Source: Eledone cirrhosa | Lineage: Eukaryota | Direction: 5' to 3' | Assembly (NCBI GenBank): GCA_964016885.1 | Contig: OZ024740.1 | Span: 212,412,001-212,476,000, forward strand | DNA: 64,000 nucleotides | In this document: positions 54,230-64,000 of the stretch, in pieces | Position numbering within the stretch: the first letter of the stretch is position 1 | How the letters are laid out: every line of letters begins with the position of its first letter | Program-made: the position numbers and the translations under genes | Notes under the pieces: model-generated | The model's database searches: none | Told to the model about the DNA's origin: nothing | What the model saw: the letters and a program-made list of their open reading frames with translations, nothing else

Positions 54230-57200
54230 GGTCAACATCATCGGATGCTTCCGAAGCCGCAGGTTTTTTCAGTTTTCTTCTCCTAGAAAGGTGCTATGAC
54301 AACAACTGGGGGTCTTTCATTCCCAGGTGAAAAGAAAATTGTGCTATTTGGATGGCCGTGCTCTGCTGAGTTCCTCCGCCCTTTGCTGGGTCTTGTATTT
54401 CATCCCGCGGGGTGTCCAAATATCACCCTCCTTACCAAGCAAGCTTGTTCCGGCTTGCCGGTTTAGTCACCGACGACCCGACCATGACACAGGTTGTACT
54501 GGGTTACAAACAAACATACATACATGCATACATGCATACATACATAAATACATGGTGGTTGCCAACTCGTTTTCGAGTACGGCCACTACTTTATATCCAT
54601 GTAGGAGAAACCCTACCGATGCGCTGAACGAGTGTGTCTTTTTAGTCCAGCCAGCGACTGAAAACTCTGGTACAAACACTACACTTGTGACAGTTATTGA
54701 CACATAGTGCTGGGCCCATGGTACCATGTGACGACAAGTGCAGAGAGATCTCCAGATATAAAGCAATGCCTGTGCCGTGAAGCTTTTATAGTTAGCAAAG
54801 GCACGGTACAAAGCCAGTCCCACTCTCTTAACCAAGATGATATTTACCAAAAAGAAGAACAAGTCAACATCATTGGATACCATCAGGGTTGCAGGTGTTA
54901 TATCAGAGTTTTCCTTCTACTAGAATTCTGCCTTGACAAAGTCTAAGGGGTTATCTCTCCCGGTGATTTTGGATGGTCATTGATTCTTAAAAGCTCCTTT
55001 GCCCTTTGACAGGTTTTGTTTTTAGTCCTGCAGGATGTCCAAAGTCACCCTCCTCACCAAGAAACCTTGGTGGGTTGTCAGTTTAGTCGCCAACGACCCG
55101 ACCATGAGACAGGTTGTACTTGGATACATGTTACCAGTAGCACCAACTGGTGACCTGACATGGAAACCTCTCAACACAGAGACAAATTTATCAGGACACC
55201 CGATCTTCCTGAGAATTTTTCACGGGGAAACTCTATTCACTGTATCAAAAGCCTTTGTCATATCGATACATACCTGATATATGTCCAGCTTCTACTGAAT
55301 ACATTTCTCCTGCAGCTGTCTCACCATAAATACATACATACATACATGATAATGGTTACAACTCGATTTCGAGTAATACTATCGCTTGACACCTAAGCAT
55401 GAACAGCACAGATGTGGCTTTTTAGTCCTGCTAGGGACTTGTACACTCTTGCACAGACACTGCAACAATGGGGGCCTCTCTCAGTAAGTTTTACAGTTCT
55501 GTTTCGGTGTACCTTCAATGAAGTAAGCTCTTTACCACCCCCACAAACAGAAATGTCATACAATGCACAGTTGACAGTGTCCCCATGTACGTAGCTTCTC
55601 AGATGACTTCCAAAACCCATCCTACTTAGACAAAACCTGCCATATTCTTTACAGGTTAAATCACCCTGCATGCCAAAATACTTAGACAAAACAGACTCGA
55701 GGCCTTTACGAGCACACTTTTAATTTTGTCTCAATGGAAATACCATGCTGAGACCATAGACGTCCATCCAGTTTTCAAAATGAATCACTTGCCTTCTTGA
55801 TTCGGAGAGAAATTTCTTAATCCAGAGTATTGGTCATATTCAGTGCTGTCTAGATATACAAACTTATCCACGGCTTTCAATTTATGGTCATAGACTTATA
55901 TATTTGGTGTAGAGTAAGCTTTGCTGGGATGCAGTTGGTACAACACTACAGTTTTTTTTCAGACTGATTGTTAGGCCCAAAGCATTGAATGCTTTCGAAA
56001 AAGAATCCATGAGATGTCAGCGATATAAATATCTTTGTTCTAGCAGCAAACCTTCTGACATTGAACATTTTAACTGTTGTTCGATGTTTAATGTAGACCC
56101 CATGTGGGCAAGCTTCAAAACCATAAAGAAAACCATACCAAAGTACAATATCCCTTTGCTTAACACCCTTTTCAACCATAATGAGAACAGAGAGCTTACA
56201 ACCCACATCAAAACTTGCCTTCATTCCATCATGGAAACCTCTCAACACAGATACAAATTTATCAGAACACCCGATCTTCCTGAGAATTTTTCACGGGGAA
56301 ACTCTATTCACTGTATCAAAAGCCTTTGTCATATCGATACATACCTGATACATGTCCAGCTTCTACTGAATACATTTCTCCTGCAGCTGTCTCACCATAA
56401 AAATCATGTCCCCTACCATTTCTAAGGCCACACTGAGATTCAGGAAGGCTTTCATCAGCGATGTTGTCAAGGAGTCTGTCTAGTATGATCCTACATTAAA
56501 CCTTGCCTACAACAGATAGAATGGATATCCCACGGCAATTGCTACAGTCGTCCTTTCCACCTTTGCCTTTATAGAAAACCGACATTAGTATATCTTTCCA
56601 ATCATGTGGGCCACCACTCTCTTCAACATACATACACACATACATACAAACATGATGGCTGCCCCCCTCGTTATCGAGTATGGCCATTGCACGACATAAC
56701 ATTATAAATAATTATCAATTAATGCTATCGTGCAATGCTTGTGCGTGAATATTTTTTTAAAGTAAGGAAAGACTGTGCACTGAGCCAATCCCACTCTCTG
56801 AGCGACAGTAGCTATAACCAGAAAAAAAAAATATCAACATCATCGATAACTACTGAGTCGCAGGTTTTATATCGGAGATATCCCAGTTTCCTGAGTTTCC
56901 TTCTCTTAGAAGAATGCCCTGACAAAGGCTAGGGGTCCTTCACTCCCAGTGGTTTAACCGCGCGATCGGGTATCCAGACCGATTATTTCTATGTCCCCCT
57001 GCACATACATACACATGCATACATGTATATACATGTATATATATACACATATATATATACATGCATACATGTATATACATATTTACACATTTTGGGATGG
57101 CCGTTGACTCTTATGGGTTCTTCCGCCCTTTGTCAGGTTTTGGTTTTTGTCCTGCAGGGTGTCCAAAACCAACCTCCTCACCAAGTAGACTTGATGGGGG

Positions 57201-57250
57201 TTGCCGGTTTATTCGCCGACGACCCGACCATGTGACAGGTTGTACAGGTT
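54230..57250 (-). repeat. Three diverged copies of an RTE 5'-UTR-like segment (about 54230-54505, 54880-55125, 56845-57250) among (CATA)n
   Basis: Shared CGACGACCCGACCATG..ACAGGTTGTAC and TTCTCCTAGAA..GACAA blocks. Confidence 0.55.
55390..56625 (-). mobile_element. Degraded RTE (BovB-like) LINE
   Basis: YKGKGGKDDCSNCRGISILSVVGKV, FHDGMKA..GVKQ, and a C-terminal CSVCARVYKSLAGLKSH. Confidence 0.75.
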
Positions 57251-57349
57251 GTACATACATAATACAAAGAAGGCATGCACAGTAGTGCATGCCTTCTTTG
57301 TATTATGTATGTATGTACATGTATGTATGTCTGCATGCATGCAGACATA

Positions 57350-58882
57350 CATACATATCTACCTAGTTGATGTGTAAATTCCAATGAGAGAGTCTTGTAA
57401 CTATGTTAGAAACCGACTCTCTTTCTCTATTGGCAAAAATTGGTGAAATTATAAAGCCAGAACATACATACATACATACATGCATACATACATACATAGA
57501 CGAAATCCGAGCAGTTGATGTTAGAACTCGAAAAATACTAAACAACACCGGAAACTTCCACATCAGCAGTGACATAGACCACCTTTACTTGAAACGTAAG
57601 CAGGGAGGCAGAGGCCTAACATTAGTCCAGACAGCATTTGAATGTCGTATCATATCCTTCCGACATCTACGAACCTCGAAGCGTAGGAGCCCGTCTCTCG
57701 AGCAAGTCTATTTGTATGAAACAGATAAGATAATGAGAGTTGGGAAGGAACTCCTCGAGAGATATTCCCTGTGTGATAATCAAAAACTCACACCCAGGGA
57801 AATCGCTCAGCAATATCGCAGTGAATCCATGGATGAAAAACTGCATGCCTATCAGCAAAAAAATCATGCATGGATATGTTGCCAGGAAGCTCCAGAGTGA
57901 GAGTAGTATAGATAAGGAAAGTAGTCTATCTTGGACCAACAACCGCTATATTGGCTCCCACTTTGAAGGATACGCTTTTGCAATCCAGGAACTGGAGATT
58001 AGCATGAAATACCTGATTCACAAAAGAGATAGAGATGCAGGCAAAACACCTTGATGTGATAACAAGTGCAGACTCTACAGAATTAACATCGAAGATGTCA
58101 CCCATGTCATCAGCAGCTGTTCAAAGAGGTCATCGCGGTACTATCTACCTATGAGACATGATGTAGTGGCCAAAACACTGTACAATGCAATCCGTAGAAA
58201 AGATAGCCCCGATAATATACACATCAAAAGCTACAGCAATGTGGAAGACATCCATATACATAATATGAAAGAGTACTGGTGGAATGTTCCAGTAAAAACC
58301 CAAATAAAATGCAGGCATAACAGACCATATATTATGATATGGGACAGGGAAAAGAAAGGATGCACAGTAGTGGAAATTAGCTGCCCAGCAGATGCCAATA
58401 TAATATCAAAGATTAGCGAAAAGGAGAATATTTATGCGGAACTGATGAGAAATCTGTAGATACTCCACCCTGATTACACCTTCAGATTTATGCCTGTGAT
58501 TATTGGGGCACTGGGGGTATGTTAGTAACTGCCTCAATACAAATCTTGAGAAAAAAAAGCTAGGCTTCACAGGAACAGAAAGAACACAACTAGTTAGGAA
58601 ATTACAAGTACAATCCATTAATGGAACAGTAAAAATATGTAAAACATTCCAAATATTTTGCATCTAATAACTGCATGTACATATACAAAGCATATACACA
58701 TGCACACATACAACTCAAAACATACACATCCACACATACAATGACATCCATATCTACACATGCATGCATACATACATATCTACCCAGTTGATGTGTAAAT
58801 TCCATTGAGAGAGTCTTGTGTCTATGTTAGAAACCGACTCTCTCTCTATTGGGAAAAATTTGTGAAATTATAAAACCAGAAG
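57350..58882 (+). mobile_element. R4/Dong-like RLE element(s) in (CATA)n; 3' UTR present twice
   Basis: DVRTRKIL..SDIDHLYLKRKQGGRGL, EGYAFAIQE, RHDVVAK and HNRP..EISCP. The 3' end sequence at 58770-58882 is repeated at 57350-57462. Confidence 0.8.
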
Positions 58883-58924
58883 AACAATCATATGTATTAA
58901 CATCATATTAACATCATACGAGAC

Positions 58925-59990
58925 CCGGATAGTAACACTGAAGCAACATCTTCAACAGAAGAAAAAGGTCAGCAACCATCTTGCACAGGTTTATGCGCAT
59001 GAAGGTAATAATTGTTTCTACTTTTGGCACAAGGCCAGAAATTATCCCAGTACATTACTGGTGCTTTATTTTATCGACCCCGTAAGGATGAAAGGCAAAG
59101 CAAACCTCGTCGGGATTTGAACTCAGGGCGTAAAGGGACATAATTCTATGCTGCAACTCTGACGCTCTACTGATACTGCCAATCCACCAAGGTAATAATA
59201 TCATTAGGATAGCCATTGATCTGGAGGAGAGACATGGAATAAGGCCTGATATAAATCTCTCACCCAGGAACATTGGTAGATCCTATTTTAATATGAATCA
59301 CTTAACAGAGAAAGTTGAGCATTGGTACCTCAGACGAAAAGCACAGACTATAAATCATTCAAAATGCCTGGCATGGAGTTCCGACAAGATTATAACATCC
59401 CCCCTTGAAGGATATCTCTATGCAATAAAGGAACAAGAAATCCCTACTAAATATCTACTATACAAAAGTGGAGGGCCATCAGTCGACAAAAAATGAAGGC
59501 TATGTAAAACAAAGACCGAAAGTGTTAACTATATTGTTGCCAACTGTGAAAGAATGTCGTCTCGTTAATACCTCCCTGTGAGATGTGATGTGATAGCTAG
59601 AACCATCTAAAACGCACTAAGGAAAACAAAATTAGAAACAAATAAGGAGGAATATGTTGAGATAGATGGCACTAAGGAATACTGGTGTAACCTGAAAATA
59701 AAAACTGTCACCAAATTAAAGCACAACCGGCCTGATATTGTTGTTTGGGACCACACATTGAAAACGTGATCTGTTGTAGAGATCAACTGCCCACTTGATG
59801 TCAACGTTGTAAGAAAAATACAGGAGAAGGAGGACATCAAGGGACCATTGATGAAAAGTTTGTAGATCCAGTATCCAAGATACATCTTCAGCTTCATACC
59901 CATCATTTTTGGAGCTACAGGTTATATACCAACTTGCTTTGACCAAAGTATGACTGAACTTAGATTTGTGAACAAAGAGCTTCTTCTTGT
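58925..59990 (+). mobile_element. Degraded R4/Dong-like fragment interrupted by a SINE
   Basis: EGYLYAIKEQEIPTKYL and KHNRPDIVVWD..VVEINCP motifs. Confidence 0.7.
59008..59188 (-). mobile_element. SINE, same family
   Basis: Family match. Confidence 0.78.
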
Positions 59991-59994
59991 GACG

Positions 59995-60435
59995 CTAAAC
60001 TCTGCCAGTTGCAGACTGCGCATCAACATGAGATATTTTTCTCCACAAAGTTCGATCACCAACAGCAGAGTTTAAAGAGCAAAGATCAAGTCCAGTCCAT
60101 AATTCAACATTATCAAACCATGGTTTTGGCTCCCGGCCTTTGTTTCTCTTACCAGCCAACCTTCCTTCCAGGTATAACCTACTCACACTATGAGTTGATC
60201 TTTTTATATGACCGTATAGTTTGAGCACTCTTGACTTGATAATTGATGTTTGGTAATGTTGAGCAGCTCATTGATACAGATACGGTTGGTGAGCTGCTTG
60301 CCAGTCATAAGTCTCATGATGTGGTTCTGGAATGTAGAGAGCTTCTGAAGTGATCTTGTCGTCCAATTAACACAGTCAAGACCATATAACACAACTGGTA
60401 GGATGTAAGTATCAAAGATCTTAGCCTTCAAATGG
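59995..60435 (-). mobile_element. RTE/RTEX-like LINE 3' fragment
   Basis: ILPVVLYG..W, LKLYGHIKR and EGRLAGKRNKGR..W.D. Confidence 0.7.
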
Positions 60436-60657
60436 ACAAAGAGCGCGGCTCCCTAATTCATAGACTACAAATGACCGCGATATCTGGCATCTTCAAAGTT
60501 TGAAAAACATTCTTGCTATTCAAGGGATAACAATTTCTTTTCTTTTACAACATTGCCACCAGGTCAAAATGTACTCGAAATTAAGAGAGAAAGAACATAC
60601 ATACATACATACATGCATACACACATACATACATACATACATACATACATACATACA

Positions 60658-60689
<32 letters not shown>

Positions 60690-61379
60690 CACTTGGTTCT
60701 TTACATTACTTTTCTTGATTTCCCCTTCACGACTGAATACGTTATGAGCATCGCCGAATCCTTTTACATGCATCTGTCCGTCTACCCCAGGCCGCTATAA
60801 TCTGCCCACCTACCCAAGCAACACATATGTAAACCTATATGTCGTAATTGAAGGAACAGAACCGTGAGTCAGAAATCTTTGTCCACCTAGGCAGCATATT
60901 CAGCTATTCTTACCTTTTAACTGAAAAAGTATCTCTACGGCTTCAGAAGACAACTGAATTTTTTAGGACTTTTGAGTCATATGTCTAGTTCAAATATGAA
61001 ATCATACGGTTAAATAAATAAGAAATATCGTACCTATAATTAACCAACTTCTCTTCTTTACTCATGTGAAACATGAACCCGTTACAAGTACCATATAAAT
61101 GAGACAAAGTTAAAAGTGTATAATGCTTGTCTTTTCATCAGTGCTGTTTTAAAGATATATTCTAAATGTCAGCTTGTTCTCGCGAACTCAAGATGCAGAC
61201 ATTTTGAGTGTTGTGTATTGAAGCAGTGGTGTTCATGAACCCCTTATTACTTATCTTGTACCCACAAACGATAAGAAGATCCCAAATCTGGTCCTGTATG
61301 CGTAAAGTAGTCCCAGCACAAACCATGACAGCCGTTTAAGAGTTGGGCAAAGTCCTCTGTAGCACTCGAAAGACGTGTA

Positions 61380-61640
61380 TAACTGTTGATAAAATTACCA
61401 AAGTTGTTAACCTTCTTGATGTCACCCTGGAATTAGATGCTGGTTTATGTAGACTTTACCATAAAGTAGGTGAATGCTTCTTTTTATGTATATAAACAAA
61501 TACAGAGAAACAAATCTCCAACCCTACGGTAACAAAATGCGGAAGAATAAACTGTGGCACTTGCCTATACTTAATTGAAGGAAAAATTTAAAGATGGCTA
61601 AACTTTTACAGTGAAAGACAACTTCACCTGTAGAAAAATT
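61380..61640 (+). mobile_element. Degraded Penelope-like fragment
   Basis: VNLLDVTL and KCGRINCGTC...FTVKDNFTC linker motifs. Confidence 0.45.
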
Positions 61641-62864
61641 AAATGGTAAGAAACAGGGCTTGTTTTTTTACCTTAATTTATTCATATGTCCTGGTATTTC
61701 GAGATTAATAATTCTTTTTCCGAGAAAAATGAAGGAACTATTCCAGTATGGGGTGTGGCTTGCTATACCATGCTGGCTGGAAGTGGTCTTTTTTTCCAAC
61801 TTCTTTTGTTTTAAAGTTAAGATCTGGACAGGTCCAATGAGCACAGAGTTGTTTCACTTTAAATCCGCTTAGATGCATATATATTAATACACGCTGACAC
61901 ACCCGTGCATGCATACATGTGTGTGTGTAAGCACGAACGCAAATACGTAAACACGCATGGATGGAATCATGTAAACACATGTAAACACACGATTTCTCCC
62001 GGATGGATAATGTGCTCGTAAGTGGGCCCATGTGTGTCCTTATGTATAGAGTCCAGTGGCCTTCTAAGTTCGGTGTTATGTGCCTAGTTCTATGTTAGGT
62101 ATTTTGTGCTTAGTTCTAGTCTATTATTGTCAACAGTCCCTAGACACGTTTCATGTACTCAAGTTAAGTGCTTACACTTCGTACTATACGGTGGTAATCA
62201 CTTGAAACAGTTTTCATACTAAGACTGTTTCTTAAGACATCAACTATTGTCTTGTTTTTACATTCTAACAGCAGAAAAGAGAGGAAATAAACGAAGAGAA
62301 AACACGAGGAATATTTAGAAACATAAATATTCCTCGTGCTTTCTCTTCGTTTATTTAGAAACATAAATAAAACCAAACTAACCTGAAATGCAATATGGAA
62401 AAAGGAAAGATAACAAATGGAGGAGTTTTTTGTTTCTTTTAAGATAGATGTTTAAATAAATACAAAACAAATGAACCTCATTCGTTCTTCTCGTTTGTGA
62501 ACTGAAAGAAGTGAATGACAAAGACAGTGTGGATGTAGTTTTTGTGATAGCTACCATAATACTATTTTCTTTCGTTTATTTTATATATATATGCAAAGAA
62601 ATAATAATAATAATGGTAACAAAAACAACAAAAGCAACATACCCCCACCACCTCTTCGCCAAATACCAGATATGAACTTGTGTAAAATTTCTGGATTACT
62701 TGTTTTCTTAAGTAACAAAGATAGTGGTAAGTATTCGATGACTATAAACGTCGGTAAAAGATTATGTATATACACACATTTATATACATGGATGGTAGTG
62801 GTGGTGGTGGTAGTGGGGATATGGTGGTGGTGGTGTTGGTGGTGGTGGTGGTGGTGGTGATAGA

Positions 62865-63110
62865 GTGTGTTCTGGCTATGATTTAATGCTTCCTTAATTC
62901 TGAGATTGCCGAGGTTTCTTTCTTTTGTTTCAACCTTAACTGTTATTCTTTTGGTGGTGTTTTTGTATTTCTCTAAGTGTTTCTTGAATGAGGAAGCGTT
63001 AGTGTTAAAGTGTTCCTTAATCATGATGTGTATGTGCCTGGTGGTGATACCTATATAGAAGTTGTCACATGTATCACACTGTAATCCCTATACGACGTAT
63101 GCTTCATGAC
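62865..63110 (-). mobile_element. Penelope-like GIY-YIG fragment
   Basis: VV..QCDTCDNFYIGITTRHIHIMIKEH..LRIKEAL. Confidence 0.65.
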
Positions 63111-63184
63111 ATATGTCTGTGTTATTGATGGGGCAGTTGACCAGCATGCAGCGTCTATTGAGTTCTGTAAGTCAACTCCTAGAT

Positions 63185-63300
63185 CAAAGGTTCTCAACGG
63201 AGGGCGTTTCAGAGCTCCAGGGGGCGTTTTGGGGCAAGGGGGCGTTAGGGAGGCGTTTGAAGATTTGGGGGCGCTGGAAGGCTCTTTACTTTTGTAAATT
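63185..63300 (+). mobile_element. Possible hAT (Charlie-type) terminal fragment
   Basis: CAAAGGTTCTCAAC TIR-like start after CTCCTAGAT, followed by GGGGGCG subterminal repeats. Confidence 0.35.
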
Positions 63301-63685
63301 TTATAAGCCATATTTGTACGTCTCTGAGACAGCCAGTGTGAATGCATTTGAATGAAGAAAACGAAGAAAATAGATAAAAGAAGCTTGTCAACGAATTCCC
63401 TATGGAGATAAAAGAAAAACGAAAGAAATCAAAGAAAATGAAAATAAGGACCACGTCAACTATTACAAGAACAACTTCAACAGAAATGACAAAAAAAAAG
63501 AAACACTGAGGATGAAAGGTGTTGGTATATACTTATACATACAAAAAAAACATAAATCATGTCACATATACACACACTTAAATATAAATGCATGCATATT
63601 TACAAATATATAAATGTATAGTTATACACATACGTACATGTATGTATATATATATATATATGTATGTATATATGTATGTATGTAG

Positions 63686-63741
<56 letters not shown>

Positions 63742-63777
63742 GTATAGAAAGTATTGTAGCAAGAAGCCAACAGTATT

Positions 63778-63831
<54 letters not shown>

Positions 63832-64000
63832 CACACACACCGCACATATATATTTTGTTCCTTTTTCAGTGTGGTCTACCTCTGGTAGTAGGGTCCGTAC
63901 CGTAGATAGAACTCAATGTAACCCAGTAAGAACTAACATTAGTGAGGTTCTGTGATCGGTGAGTTAATTCTTTAGATACAGAGTCTGACATTAGGTATTA

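Overview
Repeat-rich eukaryotic DNA, most likely from an octopod cephalopod. That is an inference from tRNA-headed Deu/Nin-domain SINEs and dense (TA)n, (CA)n, (CATA)n and (TAA)n tracts. One host gene can be reconstructed on the + strand: a roughly 344-aa type II membrane protein of the HtrL/YibB-like family, with coding exons 12162-12246, 12939-12985 and 48996-49898. Its 36-kb second intron is filled with transposons. The rest is mobile DNA: six copies of Tx1/L1-clade LINEs (three near full length, all disrupted) sitting in (TCTA)n or (TAA)n microsatellites, plus remnants of R4/Dong-like, CRE-like, RTE, Penelope-like and Helitron elements. There are also three fold-back elements with hammerhead ribozyme motifs, SINEs, local segmental duplications and a 3.2-kb satellite of 38-bp units. 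The most striking unexplained signal is in the Tx1-like elements. Five copies from four divergent families carry a consensus splice donor overlapping the ORF1 stop and a CTGTAG acceptor-like site at the ORF2 stop, which suggests ORF2 can be removed as an intron.
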